From NCBI GenBank assembly GCA_040902515.1, contig JBBDXB010000006.1:194219-258218 (forward strand): a stretch of 64,000 nt of DNA, read 5' to 3'. This DNA comes from Patescibacteria group bacterium. Lineage in GTDB: Bacteria; Patescibacteriota; SICC01. Under the pieces are notes generated by a model. The model searched no databases. It saw only the letters and a list, made by a program, of their open reading frames with translations, and was not told the origin of the DNA. A program made the position numbers and the translations under genes. Shown here piece by piece: positions 37,391 through 45,445 of the stretch (position 1 is the stretch's first letter; each line of letters opens with the position of its first letter).

Positions 37391-38340
37391 CAGCCCGTGA
37401 ACTCCTGCGAGAACATCTTGCCGCGGATCCCGGCGTCGGCACAGCCGATCCCGAGACGGGTGAAGTCGGACTTGAGGATGTTGGCACGGTGGCCAGGTGA
37501 GTTCATCAGCCCCGTATGCGCGATCTCCACGTTCGGCGCGAATGCCAGGTTCTCGCCGGCGACCGTGTACCTGATGCCGGCCTGGGCCATCCGATCGAAC
37601 GGATCCTCCCCGTCGGGATTCACGTGCGAGAAGTAACCCCGCGCCAGCATGTCCCGGGAGTGCCGAAGCCCGACGGCCCGAAGCGCATCGTCCCAGGTGA
37701 GCAGGCCGAGGCCGCGTTCGGCGCGTTCCTCGTTGGCCCGGTCGAACAGCGCCCGGGCATCGTCCAGGCATTCCGGCCCGGACGTGTCCGTGAAGCCCAG
37801 TTCCGCTGTTTCCGTACTGTCGGTCTTCACCGTCTTGAACGCTAGGGTGTCGCGGAGCGCCTCGCCGAAGAGCCCGTTCACCTGTTGCTGGAACGTGGTG
37901 CCGAGTGCCAGGAACGTCTTGCCGAACCGCGACTCCGTGAACGGTTCCTTGGCACTGGCGGGAATCGGGGCGGTCGCCACGATCAGCAGCACGATCACGA
38001 CCAGGGTGATGCCCTTGGATACCGCCGGCGCGATGCCGGTCAGCCGATTAGCGGGATGCGCCGAGAGGTCGGCGGGAATGCGGGGGGACAGCTTCTTCCA
38101 CCCGAACGCGATCGCGAATTCGATCAGGCTCCAGATGATCAGGAACGCCCCGAGGTCCAGGAGGCCGCGGGGAAGCTGGAGGAATCCGGCGGCCACACCG
38201 CCGAGCGGTTCGGAGAGCAGGAACGCGACCGCCAGGCCGAGCAACAACCCGAGCAGCTCAGCCGTACTGCTGATGAACCCGCGGCGGTACCCGACCGCGG
38301 CATACGCCAGCAGGATGATGACAATCAATGCGTCGATCAC
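37390..38340 (-). CDS. CvpA-family membrane domain fused to a CAP/SCP (cysteine-rich secretory protein-like) domain
   Basis: Four N-terminal TM helices resembling CvpA (MIDALIVIILLAYAAVGYRRGFISS...); C-terminal CAP-domain motifs (YTVAGENLAF, HTGLMNSPGHRANIL). Confidence 0.65.
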   Translation of the reverse strand: MIDALIVIILLAYAAVGYRRGFISSTAELLGLLLGLAVAFLLSEPLGGVAAGFLQLPRGLLDLGAFLIIWSLIEFAIAFGWKKLSPRIPADLSAHPANRLTGIAPAVSKGITLVVIVLLIVATAPIPASAKEPFTESRFGKTFLALGTTFQQQVNGLFGEALRDTLAFKTVKTDSTETAELGFTDTSGPECLDDARALFDRANEERAERGLGLLTWDDALRAVGLRHSRDMLARGYFSHVNPDGEDPFDRMAQAGIRYTVAGENLAFAPNVEIAHTGLMNSPGHRANILKSDFTRLGIGCADAGIRGKMFSQEFTG

Positions 38341-38400
38341 GCTTCCAGTGTACCTGCCCGGGACCCGGGTTGAGTATGGAGAGGCGGGACTGCCGGCCGG

Positions 38401-40863
38401 TCAGTCCGTGACGGTCACGTCGGTGTAGATGCCGTAGTCCTTCAGCCAGTACCACCGTTCGGCGACCAGGCGGAAGTATTCACGATAGGTGCCGGGCGCG
38501 ACGTCCCGGGCATCGAACGCCACGGTGAACCGGGCGACTTCGCCGGGCGCGATCGCCGTCGCGGTCTTGTCGAGCGTGCCGCCATCCAGAACCTTGCCGA
38601 CGAACGAACCGGTACGGTTCGCGGCCAGCCAGTTGTCCGTGTCCTGAGGCAGCGCCGGCGTACTTCCGCCGCTCAACCCGAACGTCGCGAAGGCGCTGGC
38701 CCGGTCGCGGTCACGCTCGGTGCCGAGCCGGACCACGTCACCGGCGTACCAGTTGAAAGTGCCGGTGTTCCGGAGATCCACATGGAACGATCCGACCGGG
38801 TTATCGGACTTGTCGATGGTCGGGTGCGGCGCCTGCCCGACCCAGGCCGCCTGGTAGCCGCTGCCGAGCACGACCGGCCAGTAGATGCCCACGTCGTTCA
38901 TCCAGGCCAGGCCTTCGGCGAGCGGCCGGACGTATTCCTTGATGTTGATCCGGCGGTCCGGCATATGCGCGGTGAAACTGAACCGGGCGGTCTCGTTCGG
39001 CTCGACCGTATGGACGTTGCCATCCGCACCGCCGCCGGACTGGTCATCGAAGGTGGTGATCCGGTTCGGGCCGATCCAGGAGCTATGGTAGAGGCTGCCG
39101 CCGCGGTCCTGCGGACGATCCGTGCCGAGCCGGACGGGATTCGCGCCGTCGTTCCGCCAGGCGATGTTCCCCACGTTCTTGATGTCGAGCGTCAGGTCAG
39201 CGGTCCGGTTGGGGTCGGTCGGGAGATCGTTACTCTGCGTGACCCACTGGTACCGGTAAATGTCCGGCTCCACCGTGATCCGCCAGTAGACGCCGATGTC
39301 GCGCGGGAACCAGGCGATGCCTTCGGCGACCGGTAGGAAGTATTCCTTGTAGATACCCGACTTGGTCGGTGCCGTCACCGTGAAGCTGAATCGGGCGGTC
39401 TCGTTCGGCTCGACCGTGTGGACGTTGCCGTCCGCACCGCCGCCGGACTGGTCATCGAAGGTGCCGGTCCGGCTCGGTGCCAGCCAGGTCGCGGCGAACC
39501 CGCTGGCGCGGTCTTTCGTGCGGTTCGTGCCGAGCCGGACGGGATTCGCGCCGTCGTTCCGCCACGTCTTCTCCCCCTGGTTCTTCAGATCGAGATAGAG
39601 CTCGGCCGTTTCGCCCGGACGGAAGCTCACGCTGCCGCCGGACGATCCGTCCACGCCCTGGCCGACGTGCGAGTAATCCCACTGGCTCTGCAGGCCGTAG
39701 AGGATCGCATAGACGTCGGCGCGGTCACGCACCGAACCCAGCGCATTGTAGAGGTTGCCGCCGGGACAGCTCGTGCTGGTGTAATTGCGGTGCCCCGCCA
39801 GCCGCCGCTGCGCCCTTCCTGCTTCGTCGGTATACCAGGACCAGGGCCTTAGGTTCCGCTGGCCCAGGTTGTAGCCGGCGATCTTCCCGATGTTCTCGAT
39901 CAATGAGCTCGACGGGCCGTGAAAGCGGAAGTCACCGAGTGCGGCGATCCCGATACTGCGGTCGTTGTAGCCGAAAGTATGCCCCGCTTCGACCACTACC
40001 TTGTTTTCCTCGACGTAGTTCTTGTCGAAGTAACGGCCCTGGAAGATGTGGCCCGACTGGTCGACCAGATAATTGTAGCCGATGTCACCCCATCCCAGCG
40101 TGTTGGTATGGTAATCCCAGATCGCCCGCACATTCGCCGCGCTGCCGGAGAACGACGTGGTCGCGTTCGAGACGGTGTGGTGCACCATCACCCGGTCGAG
40201 CTTGTAGTACCGGGCATGCCAGCCCGGCGAGTTGCTCGGGCCGCCCCATTCGGTGCGTGAATACACGCGGGGATCGGAGATCGCCGACGCCGTTCCGCCG
40301 AAGAGCCTGCCGAGCAGGGTGCGCTTCGTCGGGTCCGGACCGACGGTCGCGTCGATCGCAGTCAGCCGGGGCTTCGAGAGCTTCACCGTACCGTCCTCGG
40401 CCTCGACGATGAACCGGTACTGTGCTCCCGTGGCCTTCGCCGTCAGGAGAATCGCGCTATGCACGGCCGGGTCGGCAGTATCCTTCTTATCTTCGGCGCC
40501 GGGCACGGTCACCCAACCGCTCCAGCCGTCATCGTGCTTGGTCCGCACCTGCAGGACAGCGGCATGGTCATGGTCGTGTCCGCCGCCTTCCTGCCGCCAG
40601 GAGATGCCGATCGCGTTCGTGCGCGGCAGGCCGGTTTCCAGCTGCGCTGATTCGTACGTCAGGAAGGAGTCGGTCGCCAGCGCGTCACCTGGTGCGGTAT
40701 CCTTTCCGGCCACTACCGTGCCACCTGAGAACGTCGTAGCGAGATCCGCGGTCTTGATCTCGGTCTCCGGCTGGCGCGTATCCTGCCAGAGGAGCATGCC
40801 CCCGCCGAGCATGAACAGCGCGGCCAGGGCCGGCTTGAGTTTCGATGTGTGTTTTCCCTGCAT
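38401..40863 (-). CDS. N-acetylmuramoyl-L-alanine amidase (Amidase_2/PGRP domain) with three C-terminal repeats of about 160 aa
   Basis: 820 aa; amidase_2 motifs (HHTVSN..., EAGHTFGYNDRSIGIA, AGHRNYTSTSCPG); three repeats of a WRNDGANPVRLGT...TFDDQSGGGADGNVHTVEPNETARFSFT module, two of them near-identical at nucleotide level; N-terminal TM anchor. Confidence 0.8.
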   Translation of the reverse strand: MQGKHTSKLKPALAALFMLGGGMLLWQDTRQPETEIKTADLATTFSGGTVVAGKDTAPGDALATDSFLTYESAQLETGLPRTNAIGISWRQEGGGHDHDHAAVLQVRTKHDDGWSGWVTVPGAEDKKDTADPAVHSAILLTAKATGAQYRFIVEAEDGTVKLSKPRLTAIDATVGPDPTKRTLLGRLFGGTASAISDPRVYSRTEWGGPSNSPGWHARYYKLDRVMVHHTVSNATTSFSGSAANVRAIWDYHTNTLGWGDIGYNYLVDQSGHIFQGRYFDKNYVEENKVVVEAGHTFGYNDRSIGIAALGDFRFHGPSSSLIENIGKIAGYNLGQRNLRPWSWYTDEAGRAQRRLAGHRNYTSTSCPGGNLYNALGSVRDRADVYAILYGLQSQWDYSHVGQGVDGSSGGSVSFRPGETAELYLDLKNQGEKTWRNDGANPVRLGTNRTKDRASGFAATWLAPSRTGTFDDQSGGGADGNVHTVEPNETARFSFTVTAPTKSGIYKEYFLPVAEGIAWFPRDIGVYWRITVEPDIYRYQWVTQSNDLPTDPNRTADLTLDIKNVGNIAWRNDGANPVRLGTDRPQDRGGSLYHSSWIGPNRITTFDDQSGGGADGNVHTVEPNETARFSFTAHMPDRRINIKEYVRPLAEGLAWMNDVGIYWPVVLGSGYQAAWVGQAPHPTIDKSDNPVGSFHVDLRNTGTFNWYAGDVVRLGTERDRDRASAFATFGLSGGSTPALPQDTDNWLAANRTGSFVGKVLDGGTLDKTATAIAPGEVARFTVAFDARDVAPGTYREYFRLVAERWYWLKDYGIYTDVTVTD

Positions 40864-40933
40864 CCCGAGTATCCGTAAAATTATGTCAACTTAGCACTTT
40901 TTTATGCGTTTGTCAAGCCCCGGGCGGACTGTG

Positions 40934-41005
40934 TGGCAGTGGCAGGATTCGAACCTGCGACCAACAGCTTATGAGTCTGCTGCTCTACCGCTGAGCTACA
41001 CTGCC
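40934..41005 (-). tRNA. tRNA-Met (anticodon CAT), elongator-type with G1-C72 paired
   Basis: GGCAGUG acceptor, anticodon loop CUCAUAA, T-arm GCAGG-UUCGAAU-CCUGC; no encoded CCA. Confidence 0.8.
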
Positions 41006-41235
41006 GGAGGCTCGCATACAGTATACGAGTAACAGGCATGGCGGGTACATGCGGCACGAGCATCAATCGGATTGTCGCACACCCGCCCGGAAGCACAACG
41101 AAGCGACTACAGGAAACGACGTCCGGAATCGTCCCTCTCCCTCAATGCACCTCGGCGAGATGCGCTCAGGGGGTGCCTACTCTCAATCCTGATGCGCTGA
41201 TACGCGGATCAAGAGTAGGCTTGGTCAGCAATCCG

Positions 41236-41655
41236 TCAGCCAGAAGCCATTGCCTCCTCCCAGTTGTACAGTGTTGGCTGGTACGGCGAGCACTCCTCAG
41301 TGAAGAGGAGAGTCATGAACGTGATGACCGTGAACGCCAGTGGCATCGTGATCGACGAGAAAACAGCGATTTGCGCGCCGGAAGGATTCTCTTGGGCGAT
41401 CATCGGAATGCTGCAAAGCCAAACGATCACCCCGATTACGAGGAACATGATGATGCTGCCGACAAGCCAATTATCCGGGCGGGCGTGCCACTGGAAGAGC
41501 ACCGATACGACGAAAACCCACAGGCCGGCTTGGAACAAAAGGACGGGGAGCTCCCACGTGACGCCAACCGAGACACAGATGCTGGCCGCGATCCAAAAGC
41601 CCAAGCAGAACCAACCCGAAACCTCCACTGCCCGATTGAGGGCTGTTTTGCTCAC
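41236..41655 (-). CDS. hypothetical polytopic membrane protein; lower GC, located between two tRNA genes
   Basis: 139 aa; four TM helices; by eye lower GC than the surroundings. Confidence 0.45.
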   Translation of the reverse strand: MSKTALNRAVEVSGWFCLGFWIAASICVSVGVTWELPVLLFQAGLWVFVVSVLFQWHARPDNWLVGSIIMFLVIGVIVWLCSIPMIAQENPSGAQIAVFSSITMPLAFTVITFMTLLFTEECSPYQPTLYNWEEAMASG

Positions 41656-41747
41656 GACCTACCTCCTGTGGTTTGTAGTGTGCCGCGTGATTTGAACGTG
41701 CTGGCTCCAATCTAACAAACTGCCCCGTCCGTGACAGGGCATCCTTG

Positions 41748-41819
41748 TAGCGGGGGCAGGATTCGAACCTGCGACCTCGTGGTTATGAGCCACGCGAGCT
41801 GCCACTGCTCCACCCCGCA
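41748..41819 (-). tRNA. tRNA-Met (anticodon CAT), initiator-like
   Basis: UGCGGGG-UG-GAGC... closely resembles bacterial tRNA-fMet (CGCGGGGUGGAGCAGC...); unpaired 1-72 position (U1/U72); anticodon arm CGUGG-CUCAUAA-CCACG with two G-C pairs next to the loop; no encoded CCA. Confidence 0.75.
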
Positions 41820-41857
41820 ATGCAAGTAATAAGTATAGGTTCCGATCCGAGGGACGG

Positions 41858-42760
41858 TCAAGGCGCGATGGCCACGGCAGCTGCACCTACCACACCGGCC
41901 TGTTCCAGCTTGCTCACGGATACGGTCACTTTCTCCCACGGCCCCTGCATCGCGCGGCGACCGGCTTCCTGCATCGCCAGGTCGAGGTACAGGTCGGCTT
42001 CTTCGGCCAGCCCGCCGCCGAGCACGAGCTGCCGGGGTTGGAACGTATTGACCGCATTGGCGATTCCCACGCCCAGCCTGACGGCGAAACGCTCGAAGAC
42101 CGTCACGGCCGTCCGATCTCCCGAGCGGGCGGCCCGGGCCACGTCCAACGCGGTGATCGAACCCTGTCGCTCGAGCAGACCGGCCAGGTACTCCTCCGCT
42201 TCCGGCGCCGCTGCCGCGGCGGTAGCCTCGGCCACCAGGCCGTTTCCGGACACGAGATCATGCAGCCGCCCCGGATTGTAGCTGGCCGCCGGACCCTCGT
42301 AGTCATAGTCGATGGCGCTGTTACCAAACTCGGAACCGAGACCGTCGGCACCGCGGAACAAGGCCCCGTCGATCACTACGCCCGTCCCGAAGCCGGTGCC
42401 GAGCGTGAACATCACGAGGTGCCTGGCCCGGCGCGCGCGGGCTTCGCCGAAAGCCGCGCAGTTCGCGTCGTTCTCAAGCCGCACCGTACCGCCGAGTTTC
42501 TTCTTGAGATCCGGGAGTAGGGCCGGGCCGGAATGCGGTAAATTGCTTATTCCGTACGGCATGCCGATCCCGACAGCGGACGGGGCGACTCCCGGAGCGG
42601 CAGCCGTCACGGCTTCGGCGATGGCATCCACCAGCGCTTTCTTCGTCTCGTGCGGAGTAGCCCGGACGGTCAGGTTCCGGATCCGGGTACCGGTCACCGT
42701 GCCGGCCGCGATCTTCGTCGCCCCGACGTCCACGCCCACGACCGGTCTCCTAGGCGTCAA
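41858..42760 (-). CDS. ROK family sugar kinase (glucokinase/N-acetylglucosamine kinase-like)
   Basis: 300 aa; N-terminal ATPase motif VGVDVGATKIAAG; ROK family pattern. Confidence 0.8.
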   Translation of the reverse strand: MTPRRPVVGVDVGATKIAAGTVTGTRIRNLTVRATPHETKKALVDAIAEAVTAAAPGVAPSAVGIGMPYGISNLPHSGPALLPDLKKKLGGTVRLENDANCAAFGEARARRARHLVMFTLGTGFGTGVVIDGALFRGADGLGSEFGNSAIDYDYEGPAASYNPGRLHDLVSGNGLVAEATAAAAAPEAEEYLAGLLERQGSITALDVARAARSGDRTAVTVFERFAVRLGVGIANAVNTFQPRQLVLGGGLAEEADLYLDLAMQEAGRRAMQGPWEKVTVSVSKLEQAGVVGAAAVAIAP

Positions 42761-43139
42761 AGAAATGCTCCCACCACTGCTCCGGATTCGAGGGCGGCGT
42801 TTCCGGCCGCGCCCGCTCCCCCGGTTGGGTGATGCTTACCAACTCCTCGCTCGGCGGCTTCGGCACCACCACGACCCGCTCCCCGGGCCGCTGGTATCCG
42901 AGACGGGCCCGCGCCTCCTTTTCCTTGTACGCATCGGTCCGGTAGTACGCGAGCAGACTCCGGAGCTCGAGATTCCGCTGCTCCAGCTCGTCCAGTTCGG
43001 CGGACAGCAGCTTCTGGTCCTGGTGGACGCGGTAGTTCTCGTAGATCAGCTTCCCGGACCCCAGCAGGAGATACCCGAACACGAAGAGGCCGAACACCAC
43101 GATGGTGCGACGCTTGACCCATTCCATACGATCCGTCAT
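42750..43139 (-). CDS. ftsB: septum formation initiator FtsB/DivIC family protein
   Basis: 129 aa; N-terminal TM then coiled coil (LLSAELDELEQRNLELRSLLAYYRTDAYKEKEARARLGY). Confidence 0.75.
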   Translation of the reverse strand: MTDRMEWVKRRTIVVFGLFVFGYLLLGSGKLIYENYRVHQDQKLLSAELDELEQRNLELRSLLAYYRTDAYKEKEARARLGYQRPGERVVVVPKPPSEELVSITQPGERARPETPPSNPEQWWEHFFDA

Positions 43140-43190
43140 GTCCCCAGCTTACCGCTAGTAGCGGCACCCTAGTAGCGATAGGCTGAGACG

Positions 43191-43266
43191 GGGCCCGTAG
43201 CTCAGCGGTTAGAGCACCCGGCTCATAACCGGGCGGTCCTAGGTTCGAATCCTAGCGGGCCCACCA
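43191..43266 (+). tRNA. tRNA with CAT anticodon; candidate tRNA-Ile2 (lysidine-modified) by its acceptor-stem pairs; CCA encoded
   Basis: GGGCCCG acceptor with C4-G69 and C5-G68, as in E. coli tRNAIle2; anticodon arm CCCGG-CUCAUAA-CCGGG; the three CAT tRNAs in this window would then be fMet, Met and Ile2; tilS is 6 kb away. Confidence 0.7.
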
Positions 43267-43268
43267 GG

Positions 43269-43553
43269 CTATTCTTTCTCCGGTACCATGCGTGGCCGCG
43301 CTTCCGATTGCGCCACGACAGAGGCGACGAGCCCAGTGAGCAGGGAGACGAGCAGGATGCCCCAGGTTACCGCACCGCGGGCGATATCGGTGCCGGTGGC
43401 ATTCGAAATCACGTATCCCCCGGCCGTGGCACCCGCGATTCCGATCACCACGTTAGTCAGCAGACCGCCGGGAAGCCGTTTTTTCGAGAACAGATACGTC
43501 AGCAGGCCGGCAAGACACCCGGCCACGACCCAGCTGATCGTGAGCTCCGACAT
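43269..43553 (-). CDS. GlsB/YeaQ/YmgE family stress-response membrane protein
   Basis: 94 aa; Gly-rich TM segments (IGIAGATAGGYVISN..., GILLVSLLTGLVASVV). Confidence 0.7.
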   Translation of the reverse strand: MSELTISWVVAGCLAGLLTYLFSKKRLPGGLLTNVVIGIAGATAGGYVISNATGTDIARGAVTWGILLVSLLTGLVASVVAQSEARPRMVPEKE

Positions 43554-44086
43554 CAGGAGACGTCCTCGGCCTCGATGAAGATGGTTTCCTCACGCAGCCG
43601 CGAACTCAGCGTAGTATCGTTCTCGGGCCATCCCGGCTCGTTCTTCCAGGTCGCCAGCTGGTCCTGCAGCTCGGTCACCGTGCCCTTCACGGTCGCGGTC
43701 CCGGACGGGATCTCCGCATCCGTGTGCACCCACAGGAAGCTGCCGTCGGCATCCACGATGACGAAGCCGACGCCCTGGTGCTCGCTGGAAACCTTACCCG
43801 TCAGCTCGACCGTCTGGCCGACATACGCTTCGGGATCCTCGTTGACCCCGCTGATCGTCAGCGACTGAGGGGCCGCACTCGGCTCGGGGGTCGGCTCGGG
43901 GGTCGCCAGGCGCTCTTCGATCGCGGCCAGCCGTTCTTCCACCCGCTGCAGGTCACCGCTACCGGCCACGTCGCCGCGGATCAGGACGCCCAGCAGGAGC
44001 GCACCCACGACGCCGAAGCCGGCTCCGATCAGGAACGCGTTCCTGATCCGGTTGGGTGATTGGTGCAATACGGGATTGACGGCCAT
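43553..44086 (-). CDS. hypothetical membrane-anchored protein with a coiled-coil/linker and a C-terminal beta-rich domain
   Basis: 177 aa; N-terminal TM, Pro/Glu-rich linker; TGA/ATG overlap with the downstream gene. Confidence 0.45.
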   Translation of the reverse strand: MAVNPVLHQSPNRIRNAFLIGAGFGVVGALLLGVLIRGDVAGSGDLQRVEERLAAIEERLATPEPTPEPSAAPQSLTISGVNEDPEAYVGQTVELTGKVSSEHQGVGFVIVDADGSFLWVHTDAEIPSGTATVKGTVTELQDQLATWKNEPGWPENDTTLSSRLREETIFIEAEDVS

Positions 44087-44271
44087 CGTTGCTCACTATA
44101 CCCAACCAAAGATTGCCCGCAACAGTTCCGGGCCTTTCCGGCCGTTTTCAGGCGCGGTGGGATGTCCTGCCGGGCCGTCCGCGATCTATACACAGGAACA
44201 TTCCACATTTTGTGGAAAAACTGTGGATTGACCCACTATATGTTGATGGCTAGAGTGTACCTAAGCTTGCC

Positions 44272-44844
44272 TTGTTTTTTATGGAGATAAGCACGGTCAC
44301 GTTCTTCCCCAGGCACACCCGGCTCACGGTCAGATTCCGCCACTCGCTCTACAGCTCCCAGGTCCAGCGTCTCCGCACCAACCTCCTCGACATGCTCCCC
44401 TCCCTCCGGGAGCATATTTGCGAGAACCGGAACGGGCTTTCTTTCCCAGAGGAGCTGGAAAACACGGAACTCGGCCACGTCTTCGAACACGTGATGCTGG
44501 CCGTGCTGGAACAGCGCGGCCTTCGGACCAGCGGCCAGACGACGTGGAACTGGCACCGGGACCCGATCGGGACGTTCCACGTGACGATCAGCACCGGGAA
44601 GAAGTCGCTGGTCAAGGAAAGCCTGCTCGTCGCCCAGGTGATCCTGACGAACCTGCTCGTGGGTCCGGTGCTTCCGATCCGGATCGCCGGCGACGGGAAA
44701 CCGGCGTCGCAGCAACCGCTTCCGGTCTACCGCCTCACGCCGGTACGGAACGGCGCGCCTTCGGACCGGCTGCTCTTCGCGGCGGAACCGGCCCACGCCG
44801 CACCGGCTCCGATATCCTCGGAGCCTCGTCGTGCGGCTGACTGA
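44272..44844 (+). CDS. hypothetical protein (low confidence); no SD, low-GC 5' region
   Basis: 190-aa ORF with protein-like composition (ELGHVFEHVMLAVLEQRGLRTSGQTTWNWHRDPIGTFHVTISTGKK...); the overlapping minus-strand ORF is R-rich junk. Confidence 0.3.
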   Translation: MFFMEISTVTFFPRHTRLTVRFRHSLYSSQVQRLRTNLLDMLPSLREHICENRNGLSFPEELENTELGHVFEHVMLAVLEQRGLRTSGQTTWNWHRDPIGTFHVTISTGKKSLVKESLLVAQVILTNLLVGPVLPIRIAGDGKPASQQPLPVYRLTPVRNGAPSDRLLFAAEPAHAAPAPISSEPRRAAD

Positions 44845-45096
44845 TGGAGTCCCGTAGGTGCAAAGCCCTATAGTGTCCAAGGTGGTCCCTGCCCCGGCAT
44901 CCCACGGGATGACGGGAGCAATGGGCCTAATGTGGTGAGACTGTTGGAGGTGCCCTCGGTGACTCGTTGTGAATGGGTCGGTCGTGTGACCGGACTTACA
45001 CGATAGCCCCCGGGAACGGCCGCGACGATGGAGGAACCGCCAAAAGCGCCCGGGGGCGTGCGCCGGGGCTTGGACAATCCGCTAACCGGACGGGGA

Positions 45097-45354
45097 TTAC
45101 TGGGACTGGCGTCGGGGACGCCGGGCCGTGACATGCGGCCGGGCCGGGCCACGCTTGCCGGCCTTGCCGCCGAGCCGGCCGATCCGAGCGAAGTAATCGC
45201 TGCCGCGTTGGGCGGTCGCCTTGCCGCCGGACTGGCCGATCATCGCCATGTCGTGGGTCCGGGCGGTCTTCTGACCACCACGGCTCGCGACCTGACGGAC
45301 CCGGGTGGGGCTCATCGAAGCAAAACCTCGTCGTGATGTACCTTTTTTAACCAT
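45097..45354 (-). CDS. KGG-repeat general stress protein (YciG/GsiB-like)
   Basis: Start trimmed to MVKKGTSRRGFASMSPTRVRQVASRGGQKTARTHDMAMIGQSGGKATAQRGSDYFARIGRLGGKAGKRG...; the repeated GG(Q/K) plus basic motif is characteristic of KGG stress proteins. Confidence 0.6.
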   Translation of the reverse strand: MVKKGTSRRGFASMSPTRVRQVASRGGQKTARTHDMAMIGQSGGKATAQRGSDYFARIGRLGGKAGKRGPARPHVTARRPRRQSQ

Positions 45355-45445
45355 AATCCTTGAAGCAGTCGAGTGTGATGCGAATGCAACAATACCATAG
45401 CACGGCATCGCGAGCGAGCATTGGATAAAGATACAAAAATGACGG

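Noticed and set aside
44845-45096. Possible RNase P RNA, SRP RNA, tmRNA or 6S RNA in the GC-rich intergenic region
   Set aside because: None of the diagnostic primary motifs (RNase P P4 AGGAAAGUCCGGGCUCC, SRP GGAAGCAGCC, tmRNA tag frame plus tRNA-like 3' end) were found by inspection; kept only as an unclassified structured region
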